A stretch of DNA of 64,000 nt from Selaginella moellendorffii. Lineage: Eukaryota; Plantae; Lycopodiophyta. Below the pieces are notes generated by a model that ran no database searches, was not told where the DNA came from, and worked only from the letters and a program-made list of their open reading frames with translations. Below, one piece after another: positions 52,028-64,000 of this stretch (position 1 is the stretch's first letter; every line of letters begins with the position of its first letter). Location of the stretch: positions 1,047,734 through 1,111,733 of the forward strand of contig NW_003314283.1 in NCBI RefSeq assembly GCF_000143415.4. The letters run 5' to 3'. Both the position numbers and the translations under genes were made by a program.

Positions 52028-52985
52028 CTCTTCCCCTTTTAAGAAAGATTGATATTTTTGTCGATGCATATTTTAGTTTAGATCACTGCCAAGGAAACAA
52101 CTTTAGAAAAAGTTCAAAGTGATCACATTATGTGAAAAATGCACCAACTTAAATGAGTTAAGGTAACCTTTCCATCTAACGTAAATATGCTACAACTTAA
52201 ACACATTCCTGCCGTTATTGACAAGGAAATGATCAACAGAGTTAGCCACCCTTGCTACTCTAGGTGTCACCCGGCTTATAAAAGAGTGATGCATCCTTGC
52301 TTACAGGTGATATAAAGAGAGAAGCTAAAAGCCCTAACCCTCATAAGCAAAGAAACCAAATCTATTAATAAAGTTTAGATATACTACTATAAACATATAG
52401 TTAGAGTTGTTTACACAGTCATGGAAAGGTGGGTGATATGACTAGTCGATAGTAGCTACCCCATGACTAGAAATTTCACTATGCACACAAAGTGTCAAAG
52501 CTAGTCTACTTATACTAGCTCAAATTGAAAGATCAAAAGATGGAAAATATTAAAGTAAAAAACAATAATAGCTTAGAGACTTAATTATCAGTGAATAAAG
52601 CTTATATTAGAACACGAAAGTATTCCAAGTAAGTTATTATTTGATAAACAAGAATTATTGTATAAGACCCACTAAGATTATCATAATTGGAAAATATAGA
52701 ATTCACTATCCAACAAAATTCAATAGCAAGTGTACCATAAAAAAAACTTAATGATAAAACTTAATTATCAAAGATTGTAGAAAAAACTTACAAAAGATAA
52801 CTAAAAGAACATAAAGTATCATCGACTAGTAAGTAAAATGTTTGTGAATGTATCACCTAAAGGAAATAATATCTAAACATATCAAAACCAACTGTAACAA
52901 TAATTAATAGAATAGAATGAATGTCATAAAGCAAACAAACACTTATTCATACCAATTATCGCACCAACTAATTTGAATAGATCTC

Positions 52986-55016
52986 AGTCAACCATACTAT
53001 TAGGAATCCCCCAATTCTTGCCACATTCTTGACTTTTGCCAGATTCCTGACCTGCAAACCACATTCCTGACTCTCGAGACACTTTTCTATTCCTCACCCT
53101 TTGATTTCCAGTACGATTCTTGAGTCTCGAGCCACATTCCTGATGATGATGTGGCGCCTCCTCGACCTTAGCTATATTTAAGCTGTCCTCGATCCAAGAG
53201 TGGTGGAGCTTCATCAACTTATAGTATATATAGGTTAGCCTTGTTCCATTTCTCACAATTTGAATCAACGCTAGTCTAAGGCCTCTTCTTTATTTCCACT
53301 AGTTTTTCTCTTTGTCTTCTGTATTTTCTAGTCTTGATCTTGTTGGGGGTCTTGACAGTTTAATTCAGATTATGCTTTTTTGTTTTTGCTTTAGCTCGTT
53401 TTGATTGTTTGACTGCCTTGCCTTTTTCCCCCTTTTCTTTCTTCTTTGCCAATGGAGTCTCCAAGCCATCCTGATTTATTTGCCGAAGTCCTTGCAAAAA
53501 TTTAGTTTGAGAATACCAAGCTAAAGGCGACCCTTCTTCACATGCAACAGGAGCTTGCTTCACTTTTCGCTCAAGGATCAAGCAAAGTTCCTGAACCGAA
53601 GGTGAGTTTCCCAGCGAAATTTTCAGGCAAGTGTTCGGAGCTTCGTGGATTCCTGAACCAAATGGAGTTGATCTTCGCATTTCAACATCGGCGGTACCCC
53701 ACTCCCAAGTCTCAAATCGGCATGATTGGGACATTGCTTGAAGGTGTAGCTTTGTCATGGCTTTCTTCTTTCCTGGAGAAGAGCATGAAAGGGGTTGTGG
53801 TTTCGGAGCTGATGGATCTTCAATTGTTCAAAGAGAAGCTCGAAGCATGTTTTGGCGAGACGGATCAGGTTCGGGTTGCCACCACAAAGATGAGACGTCT
53901 CTCTCAGGGGTTTTGTCCTGCCTCGATCTATGCTGCAAAGTTCCAACTCCTTGCCTTGGACACTCAGTGGGATGAGCAGCCCTGATTGATCAATTTCATT
54001 TTGGCCTCAACAACGGTGTCAAGGATTTATTGCTCACCATGGAGGATCCCACGGACCTGTCAAACGCCATCAACAAAGCTATTCGATGTGACATTCGTCT
54101 CTTTGAACACCGTCAAGAAAGTCACCGTGCCGCTGTTTTCCCATCCCAGACTCAGGAATCCCAGCTTGAGTCTTCGGGGCATACTCCTGAACCTACTACT
54201 CCAGTTCCGATGGATAGTTCTGGTACTCCTTGACTCATCACAGGGGAGTTGAGTCCTACTGAGAAGTAACATCGAATATCTCATAATCTTTGCCTCTACT
54301 ATGCTGATCCTAATCACAAAGCAATTGTGTGTCCCAAGAAGCCTCCCCGATTGCTCGAGTTCACTCTGCCTCAAGGTCCACCTCTGTTGTAGTCGGGAAA
54401 CGACCCTGTCCAAACAAAGTAGGAGCTGTCTGTTTGGACTCCCCAAATAAAAATCACTTTTCTTCTTTATCAAGCTCCTCACCACCTTTCATCAAAGCCA
54501 CCACCAATTCCCGCAACTTCTGCATCCTATGTCTCCTTTCTTTCACCAAATAATCAGGACTCAAGGCTCTGGTGTTATTGGACTCGGGTGCAACTTCCTG
54601 CTTCATGGACACGGACTTTGTTGCCCGACATCACGTTCCTCTTTTTCCTACCATACAGGATCTGAGGGTTGAAGGCATTAGTGGGCATTTTGTGTTTCCA
54701 TTTTCTGGACTTAGGGAAATGTTGCTCATTTGAGTACACATCAGGTCCACTGTCACCGATATCACCTTCAACATCATTAACATCAAGTCCTCCTCTATGG
54801 TGCTTGGCCTCCCTTGGTTCCAACTACACCAGCCTCAGATTTGTTGGAAGGAATTGCAGCTCATCTCTCCTATGTCACCATCTCCCACGGCTTCCCCTGC
54901 TGTTCATCGAGTCCGAATTAGGAAAAGTTCCCTAAACTCAAATTGGGGTTTTGTTCCTGACGTTACAAAGTTTTTACCCTCTTCTTTTTCCTCTTTTCCA
55001 TCTTACACTGGATAGT
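52986..55016 (+). mobile_element. Degenerate Ty3/gypsy element A: probable 5' LTR (to about 53358), gag and protease, interrupted at 55017
   Basis: Gag PAKFSG..ELRGFLNQMELIF..YPT..IGTLLEGVALSW; decayed zinc knuckle LCLYYADPNHKAIVCP; protease LLDSGATSCFMD at about 54575; stops and frameshifts. Confidence 0.85.
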
Positions 55017-56761
55017 TGTCGCGCATGTGACTTCGGGTATCAAAAGTTACCTGTCGACCTGTCCTTACGGACACTCTTACCTTATTGCCACGATGGCAGG
55101 AGGTCGGTATTGCTGGACCCGTTATTAGTCTCCGCCTAAGCTAGTTGAGAAACTGGTCATCACATGTGCACTTAGACCGGAAGGGCACTAAGGAAGGAAA
55201 TCCTAAGTTGTCATTTAGTCAAGCAGACTTGACACGGTGATGAGAAACTCATGATGTTGGCTTGCACTTGCTAGTGTTGGGAACCCCCGCGATATTGAGC
55301 TTGGTCCCTCAATATCGCTACATGATAGCTTACCGTGTCTGCCAAACACCCTCGCTATCATGTCCTTTGTGTTAGTCTCATTTTGGTCCCAAATGCTATT
55401 TATGGAAAGTGTCCAGATTTGCTCATTTGGCATATCTACGGAATGTAGAGATTGTCCTGAACACAATGGTGTTCGTCCCATGCCCAAATTCGCAATCTAG
55501 GGACATTCCATATTTAGTAAGTTTCGAGCTTGTCCCAGAGACTAACTCCTGATACTAAGGGAGGCTTGGGGTGAAAGCCCAAAGCGTGTGTTCCTCAAGG
55601 GGGGGGGGGGCTATGGGGGGTTCCAAATGTATAGTAGGGATAGTGGGTAGGTCGGGCATGGCCGACCAACCTGAGGCATAGTCTAGCTCCCGCTTGCGTG
55701 CCTGTCCTTGTTCTGCGTCCGGCTTGGGTCTAAGCCCAAGTTCCATTCCATGCTAGTGTAAGAGACTAAATTTTCCATTCTACTTTAGTCACTTAACCAC
55801 ACCACCGACCACTTGGAGGAGTCTCATTCACAACCTCCATAAGTCCAATCCAGGACTTGGGACTTGCTAGCCCCGAGAATGGCATCCATGCCACTCAACA
55901 TTTGCACTTGGTCCAAGTGCTCCACGTGTCCGATCCCATGACCGACACTCAAAGGTACCACCGACATGCCAGCCCGTTACGCTAAGGCCATGCCCAATCA
56001 CCTTTGCCACACTGGTAGTCCATTACCACTTGCATCACAGTCTTGGCTCTCCAAGACTAGGCAAACCATCCGTGAGTGGTCATCTGAGATCCACTCCTTA
56101 GCACCCTTAGGATGCCCACCGACATGGGGAATAGCCTTCCCCAATATCCCTCTGTCAGTCCCCACTAAGTCCCTTTCTGCCCCTGGCCGTGTTTGCCAAC
56201 ACTGCCACTTGATCGAGACCCACAGGCCCGACCACTAAGTCCCACGGTCCTCTGGGACTTCCTCACCACACAACTGTGTCCTTGGTCACTACCCCAGAGG
56301 ACTGCTCCTCTTCCTTTCCACAGTCTGGGCCTTTGGGGCAACATTTCGGAACACCGTGGCCTTACGCGAGCCACCTGGGTACTCTCCTCGCCTTCTGCCC
56401 TTAGGTGCTCTAGCCATGGGCTTAGAGCGAGGTTCCGTTGAGCCACGCCTGGTATCCAAGTAGGTAGTGCCACCCACACTTGGACTAGGAGCATCGGCCA
56501 GTCGATCTCCCGGGGGAACTAGAGCCGGCTCTTGAACACTTCACCAAGCTACCCCGCTTGTCAGTCCGTGTTCACTCTAGTCTTGGACTTCCCAGTGGGC
56601 AGCTCATCACCCAACACTGGGTCCGGCCTTCCTGGGCCAAACTGGCCTTTCCTTGCCAAACTGGCTCCACTGCAGTCCTCCCCCTACTATACTTTTGGAG
56701 CTCACCAAACCCCCCAGGGTCTGGGAGACGAACGCTTTGGGCTTTCACCCTCTCAGGCTCC

Positions 56762-56866
56762 GGACTCGGACTCGGACTCGGACTCGGACTCGGACTCGGA
56801 CTCGGACTCGGACTCGGGCTCGGTCTCGGCCTCGGCCTCGGCCTCGGCCTCGGTCTTTGGTCCCGA

Positions 56867-56898
<32 letters not shown>

Positions 56899-57275
56899 CC
56901 GGTCTCGGTCTCGACTTCGGACTCCATCTCGGACTCCATCTCGGACTCCATCTCGGACTCCATCTCGGACTCCATCTCGGGTCCATCTCGGACTCCATTT
57001 CGGGTCCATCTCGGGTCCACCTCGGACTCCATCTCGGACTCCATCTCGGACTCCATCTCGGGTCCATCTCGGACTCCACTTCGGACTCCAACTCGGGCTC
57101 CATCTCGGGTCCATCTCGGACTCCACTTCGGACACCAACTCGGGTCCATCTCGGGTCCACCTCGGACTCCACTTCGGACTCCTTCTCGGACTCCATCTCG
57201 GGTCCATCTCGGACTCCATCTCGGACTCCATTTCGGGTCCATCTCGGGTCCACCTCGGACTCCATCTCGGACTCT
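56762..57275. repeat. Composite satellite in left LTR of C: (GGACTC)9, GGCCTC/GGTCTC hexamers, then 11/12-mer GG(AC/G)TCCATCTC units
   Basis: Read directly from the sequence. Confidence 0.95.
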
Positions 57276-60200
57276 CCCACGTGTCATGTGTTGGCCCTTT
57301 TGGGTCCCTTTTTGGAGCCTCGCCTTTTGCTCGCTTCGTGCTCGTTCCTCGAGCACTTCGTTGGGAGTTCCACTCCCGCTCTTGACTTTTCAAGTCGGAG
57401 CTTTTGGTCCAAACGTGTTACACTCGTTCGGCTCTTGCTTCGGCCACTACCATGTGGCGCCCTTCCGGCTCCACTTTGGGGCCTAGGGATTTTGTGTCTC
57501 ACAACTCCACCACCCATAGACGAAGTTCGATGTCCTCATCGAACGGTAAACCATTTTATAAAGTAACGCCCGCACGTGTTACCATTTCCATCCTTGGCAC
57601 CTAGCCAATATTTGTCAAGGGTTTGACATTGAAGGCTCACCATGCCTTTTGCATATTCTTCAATGGTTTGACACCAAAGGCTCACCATGCCTTGCCCATC
57701 CTCTAAGGAGGGTAGTCTCTCCAACTTAGAGACTGATTGGACCATATGTAGTGGTTCTCTCCTTTTATTGGTTTAGTTCCCGCTAAACCTCTTAGAGACC
57801 CTTCTCTAAGTCAATCCCAATACTCCTTCTAGAGTAATCTCAATTTCCATCTATTGAGCATTTTGCACCTTGAAACTTTTACCCTTTTGACTTTTGGAAG
57901 TCAACTCCCTAGGTGTCTCCAACACCTTGCCTTGCACCTTTTGTGCAACTCCACTTCCCATCCTAGGAAGTTCTCTACTCGAGGGCACCATCATCCTCTC
58001 TTCTATTTCGTGCCAAAGTTCCAGTTATCATACTTTGTGCTAGGGCTGTTCATGGCCCTATCATTTGGCTACCTTACCGCTCCCTCCCTTGGAGCTTCCA
58101 CTTTCGCCAAATCGGAGCATTTTGGAATCCCTCCTTGGAAACACACTTCCTTTCCCGCAACTTGTTAGCGTCCAACACATTAGTGTTCCTCGCCTAACTT
58201 TGTCACTTGGATTCCTTCCAAGGGATTCCACGGCCCTATCTTGGCCACTCATCTTTTGCTCCTATCCGTTGATTGTTGCACCAAGCAACATCGAATCTCT
58301 ACCTCCCTCCTTGAGGTATTGTTTCGGTTCCATAGCAAAGACTCTTCTTTGCTAAGTCCGGAAGACGTTCACCCCTAGTAAGTCTCTTTTAGCATCTTCT
58401 GCTATGGGCTCTATCCACGGCCCAACTTCGTGACCCTCCCATGGGTCTTTTATAGAGACTACTTTCCTCGGACTCACTATGCCATCACACGGACATAGTT
58501 TGTTTCCCTTAGGTGCTCTTCCCACTTGGTCATCACGACCAAGCCACACCACCTTAAACAGTTCAATTTCAACATTTTGAACCAGGAACTTCATTCCTTA
58601 GCCAACCAAGGACCTTGTCCTTATCTGGCCATAAGATCACCTAGTGATCTCACCTTGGCACCTTAACAGGGTTGCCAAGAGGTACTTGGTCTTCTAGACC
58701 TCCAAGTTGTTGACTATAACCCCGGGGGCATCCCCCACACTTGGCGGTGCACCCAAGCTAGCCCTTACGGCCAAGGGTTCATAGCAACTGAGATTAGGTG
58801 TCCCCATCTCACTCACCACGACCTTGGTGCCACTTGCACCAAAGTGTTCAAGTTAGATATGCTGAGCTTTCACACTAAGCAATCTAACCGTGCATCACGA
58901 CTCCGAGGCATCCCTCGCTTGGCGGTGTGCCCAAACCAGTCTCCCCACTGAGAGTCCATGACCACCGAAATATGAGTGTCCTCATATTCCAAACCATCAC
59001 CACGCCCTAGTGATTTGGGACTCGAACCCAAGCACTAGAGGGTCGGGACTCGAACCCAACCTCCGTATATGCATCTACGGACGGCATCACACAAGATGCC
59101 TGGCGTGACTCCCCACGCCGGTGCACCAACTTATTTTTAAAGCGCGCTACAGATCACAGCTTAGGAACTTAGTTCCTCCACACTGCCAAGTCCTCTCACT
59201 TGACATGTCTGTGATCATGCATGGACTCCTCCATGCTCGGCCCCATGGCCCCCCCTTTTTGAAGTTATCACCTTCAACTAGGGTATTTGTTCCCCCGACG
59301 TGCCAATCTCGCTTGGCAAGTCCTCCGACCACTGTAACATGGTTCCTGCATAAGCATGAAAGTCCTTGACCATCGACTTCCGTTCAAAGCCCTCTCTTTG
59401 AACACTCGGGAACTACTTCCCTAACCTTGATAGCCTTGCCTCATGGCAAGCTTCAAGACCACGCTTCTACTGCGCCACTCTGATTTCGCGCGTTCCATGA
59501 ACCATTTACACTTGGCCTTTCTAGGTACTAAGCTACCTAGAATCGTCTTTGGGAACCTTAAAGGGACTCTGTCCCTCAGCTTGCTAAGGCCTCCCTTTTT
59601 GCAAGCCTTCCAAATGCCACATAGTCTAACATGGACAATTCCATATTTTAGACTCTCCATGGCATCACGGTTGCTAGCGGCAACACCCTCGAGCCCCCAC
59701 TTGATTCTCCACTCCCAGCTAGCATAACCAACCTTGGTTATGCCCTTTGATTTCTACGGTTCGGTTCTATCCCCTTACTTCTTGCTTTTTTTTGGCTTCA
59801 CACCTTTCCTTTGGTCATTCTCCTCAAGATCAGGAGGATAGTTTTGCACTTTCTATCATGCTTTAGCAAGTATTCTTAGGGATGAACCTACCCAATAGCC
59901 TAGGGAGTGGTTCCTCAATCCGGGTATGCTCACCTTATAATCCCACACACTGGGATTACATTGTTGCTTATGGGCCTTTACATGCCCATCACTAGCTTTG
60001 CCAAAATTCCATTTTTGGCTTTGTCCAACTCGGGTAGACAGTCTTCTCCTGTCTCCGCAACCTTGGACATTTGGATAGCACCTTCTATCCATCATTCGCT
60101 AGGGACTTAGTCCCTTGGGCTTTATCCATTGCCCTCGCGACATCAAACACCACCTTCTGGTGTTCTAGAGTGTTCGGGTGTCCCAATGATGGCTTTCTTG

Positions 60201-62615
60201 ACAATGAGTATTTCCTTTTATGACATTGACTTACTATATCGCAACACAAGCAACTTATCCCCCGTAAGGGTATATCCAACTTCCCTATGCTATTAAGAAG
60301 TCTTGGGTAGCTACCTTCTACCCATTTAACCAGTTATTTTGCACCTCTTGCTTAGTTGCCTCATAGTTGTCAAGTCCTACAACTCATTGCTTGGTGCTTT
60401 CACACCTCCATCATTATCTGGGTCACCACACTCCAACTGCATGTTCTGCAGCTTAGGCTATGCTATTCCCATTTCCATTGGGATTCCTTTGGCAAGGGGT
60501 TCTCATTAACCCACCAACATAGCCTCAAGGTATCACACCTTGGCACATTTGGTGTCTCCACACCATTGGCTCCACGAGCCTACTTCTATGACATTTCCCC
60601 TTCGTGTCTAAGTCTTTGCCAAGACCAACACCGCTCTTTCTCATGCCAACCATCCGTTAGCACTGCACCATAGAGGTCACATACAACTTTATGTCAAAGT
60701 TGTTTTCTTCTGGGAACACCTTTCCCATAACTTTAGCATGGCACATTTTGCCATCGATGAGATACCCTCTATTCTCATCCTTGGATCCTATGATCCCCCC
60801 CCCCATCCTTCGTGGGGTACAACACACCTCAGTCCAAATGCTTCCATCAGTCCTTTTAGGACCATCCGTTGACTCTACTTGAGTCATCCAGCAGTTTTGG
60901 ACTTGGTTAATCCACAGACCCGTAAGGTCCTACTTGTGAGGCACTAGCTCACTGGAATACACTTCTTGCATTCCTGTCCTACTCAAAAGGACTATTTTCA
61001 CAAGTGTTACTCCGACACTTGATTTTGTTCTCTGGGGGCAACCTTTGCCCCTTAGGACTACTTGTCCATGTGATGAGAACACCAACTCATCCACTTAATA
61101 CACCCCCAACTCCTTGGGTTGTTCCAGCATTTATTAGAGGTAGCCCCGGCTACCTTTTCAAGGACTTGAGTCCTCTTCCGTATTTGACCTCCCACGGTCA
61201 TTACTTCTGGTCTCACATTCATGAGCACCAACCTCAACTATATGAGGGAAATCTTGTGACTCCTTTATTGCTTTGGAGTCTTTATCTTTCCCGTGATCCC
61301 AACTGTAGTTGTTTACCACAACTACATTAGCCAGTTTGCTAAGTCAAACGCTCATCTGGATCACATCCTCAACTCTCTGAGGAAAACCATATATTGTTCC
61401 CAAGATCCCAAAGTCGTTCCATTATTGGCCCTTTTCTATCCACCATCTCGCCTACAAGTTCACACATGAACTGTAGTGGAGAGCCATGTCTTCCCGACCT
61501 GCTACTCCTCAAGGATAGGCCCACTCCTAGGACCTTTCAATGCCAACACCCGTGGTGATATACTTGAGCACCAATAAAAGTCGGACTAAGGAACTGCTCC
61601 GATACCAAATTGTAAGAGACTAAATTTTCCATTCTACTTTAGTCACTTAACCACACCACCGACCACTTGGAGGAGTCTCATTCACAACCTCCATAAGTCC
61701 AATCCAGGACTTGGGACTTGCTAGCCCCGAGAATGGCATCCATGCCACTCAACATTTGCACTTGGTCCAAGTGCTCCACGTGTCCGATCCCATGACCGAC
61801 ACTCAAAGGTACCACCGACATGCCAGCCCGTTACGCTAAGGCCATGCCCAATCACCTTTGCCACACTGGTAGTCCATTACCACTTGCATCACAGTCTTGG
61901 CTCTCCAAGACTAGGCAAACCATCCGTGAGTGGTCATCTGAGATCCACTCCTTAGCACCCTTAGGATGCCCACCGACATGGGGAATAGCCTTCCCCAATA
62001 TCCCTTTGTCAGTCCCCACTAAGTCCCTTTCTGCCCCTGGCCGTGTTTGCCAACACTGCCACTTGATCGAGACCCACAGGCCCGACCACTAAGTCCCACG
62101 GTCCTCTGGGACTTCCTCACCACACAACTGTGTCCTTGGTCACTACCCCAGAGGACTGCTCCTCTTCCTTTCCACAGTCTGGGCCTTTGGGGCAACATTT
62201 CGGAACACCGTGGCCTTACGCGAGCCACCTGGGTACTCTCCTCGCCTTCTGCCCTTAGGTGCTCTAGCCATGGGCTTAGAGCGAGGTTCCGTTGAGCCAC
62301 GCCTGGTATCCAAGTAGGTAGTGCCACCCACACTTGGACTGGGAGCATCGGCCAGTCGATCTCCCGGGGGAACTAGAGCCGGCTCTTGAACACTTCACCA
62401 AGCTACCCCGCTTGTCAGTCCGTGTTCACTCTAGTCTTGGACTTCCCAGTGGGCAGCTCATCACCCAACACTGGGTCCGGCCTTCCTGGGCCAAACTGGC
62501 CTTTCCTTGCCAAACTGGCTCCACTGCAGTCCTCCCCCTACTATACTTTTGGAGCTCACCAAACCCCCCAGGGTCTGGGAGACGAACGCTTTGGGCTTTC
62601 ACCCTCTCAGGCTCC

Positions 62616-62744
62616 GGACTCGGACTCGGACTCGGACTCGGACTCGGACTCGGACTCGGACTCGGACTCGGACTCGGACTCGGACTCGGGCTCGGGCTCG
62701 GTCTCGGCCTCGGCCTCGGCCTCGGTCTCGGTCTTTGGTCCCGA

Positions 62745-62776
<32 letters not shown>

Positions 62777-63188
62777 CCGGTCTCGGTCTCGACTTCGGAC
62801 TCCATCTCGGACTCCATCTCGGACTCCATCTCGGACTCCATCTCGGGTCCATCTCGGACTCCATCTCGGACTCCATTTCGGGTCCATCTCGGGTCCACCT
62901 CGGACTCCATCTCGGACTCCATCTCGGGTCCATCTCGGACTCCACTTCGGACTCCAACTCGGGCTCCATCTCGGGTCCATCTCGGACTCCACTTCGGACA
63001 CCAACTCGGGCTCCATCTCGGGTCCATCTCGGACTCCACTTCGGACACCAACTCGGGTCCATCTCGGGTCCACCTCGGACTCCACTTCGGACTCCTTCTC
63101 GGACTCCATCTCGGGTCCATCTCGGACTCCATCTCGGACTCCATTTCGGGTCCATCTCGGGTCCACCTCGGACTCCATCTCGGACTCT
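62616..63188. repeat. Composite satellite in right LTR of C: (GGACTC)12 plus a differently arranged 11/12-mer array
   Basis: Read directly from the sequence. Confidence 0.95.
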
Positions 63189-63834
63189 CCCACGTGTCAT
63201 GTGTTGGCCCTTTTGGGTCCCTTTTTGGAGCCTCGCCTTTTGCTCGCTTCGTGCTCGTTCCTCGAGCACTTCGTTGGGAGTTCCACTCCTGCTCTTGACT
63301 TTTCAAGTCGGAGCTTTTGGTCCAAACGTGTTACACTCGTTCGGCTCTTGCTTCGGCCACTACCATGTAGCGCCCTTCCGGCTCCACTTTGGGGCCTAGG
63401 GATTTTGTGTCTCACAGCTAGTTGGTGGAGTACCCATATCCTCGCGTTAGGCCACCGGTATGCCGAAATAGCGCCAGACTCCGTTTGGCTCCGTTTTGCG
63501 TGTTGGTCCTGGCATTGGGATGCTGGTTGCTCCAGGACTGTTCCAAGTCGCTCCGGACTCCCGTCCCTTCGCTCCTTGGGCTTCATGCTCGGGAGTTGCT
63601 CCGTGGTTCGGTTTTGTCACTCCTCGGCTCCATGCTTGGGAGTTTGGCACCGTTCCTTCGTTCAGTGGCCCAAGGCCCTGAACCTCGGGTTCCTGTGGAC
63701 ACGTGGCATGGACACGTGGCATGTGACACATGGCATCTGTCACGTGGCACAAAGAGGGTTTAGGTTCCGCTTCGTGGTGTTATCCTATGGTAAATCACCA
63801 TAGGATAAAGGGTCAAAACCACGTGCGCTACATT

Positions 63835-63845
63835 TGGTATCAGAG
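63835..63845 (+). promoter_or_regulatory. tRNA-iMet primer-binding site of element B
   Basis: TGGTATCAGAG two bases after the LTR CA end. Confidence 0.9.
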
Positions 63846-64000
63846 GATGAGTCTCAGCGAGTACTATTCAATGAGATTGGGCAACTAGTCTCGTTGCATA
63901 CGCAGAGATGAAAACGATGATCCAAGTGGGTACACGTTTGGTGCAAAGGGTTCACATTTGTTCCTTGGGTATGGATTTGGTTACCTTGTTGTACCTTATG

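Larger units (their letters stand above)
55757..63416 (-). mobile_element. Young non-autonomous LTR retroelement C (LARD-like), about 7.7 kb
   Basis: LTRs 55757-57503 and 61611-63416 (TG..CA, nearly identical); GCTAG TSD at 55752-55756 and 63417-63421; PBS TGGTATCGGAGC (61607-61596, minus); G-rich PPT-like tract at 57516-57504; 4.1-kb interior without a long ORF. Confidence 0.93.
55017..63832 (+). mobile_element. 5' LTR of element B, split by insertion of element C; the element continues beyond the window
   Basis: TGTCGCG...GCGCTACA termini; the two halves rejoin to match the old copy at 50961-52027; followed by a PBS. Confidence 0.85.

Noticed and set aside
56762-57275. CRISPR-like repeat array
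   Set aside because: Tandem units without unique spacers, eukaryotic context and no cas genes.
56532-57566. Long ORFs in all six frames (DSDS, RTRT, LGLG, SPRW repeats), repeated at 62334-63803
   Set aside because: By-products of the stop-free satellite within the LTRs; frames differ between the two LTR copies.
55757-63416. Retrozyme (hammerhead-containing LTR element)
   Set aside because: I found no CTGANGA...GAAA hammerhead core with proper stems in the LTRs, and the element is much larger than known retrozymes.

Overview
Compact land-plant nuclear DNA, most consistent with a lycophyte such as Selaginella. This is inferred from very short introns (about 45-65 nt), tiny intergenic gaps, a Tctex-type dynein light chain and many PPR genes and relics. 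Bases 1-48.7 kb are gene-dense: F-box/LRR, Tctex1, Kelch, a Gly/Ser-rich wall protein, ureide permease, cytosolic FBPase, an AGP-like protein, GH9C endoglucanase, three secreted Cys-rich peptides, a plastid-targeted ChuX/HutX-like protein, OSCA, Sec61 gamma, a fucosyltransferase-like GT, a Nudix hydrolase, a P-class PPR and three tRNA genes. Mixed in are deletion-riddled relics: an inverted Tctex copy, a shattered PRMT10 and PPR fragments. Bases 49.7-64 kb are a nest of LTR retroelements. A gypsy gag-protease relic is interrupted by element B. The 5' LTR of B is interrupted in turn by a very young, apparently non-coding (LARD-like) element C with a GCTAG target-site duplication, satellite arrays inside both LTRs and an internal run of five abutting hairpins, two with tRNA T-loop/B-box sequence. 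Older decayed copies of both LTR families lie just upstream. All family assignments come from recalled motifs; no searches were run.
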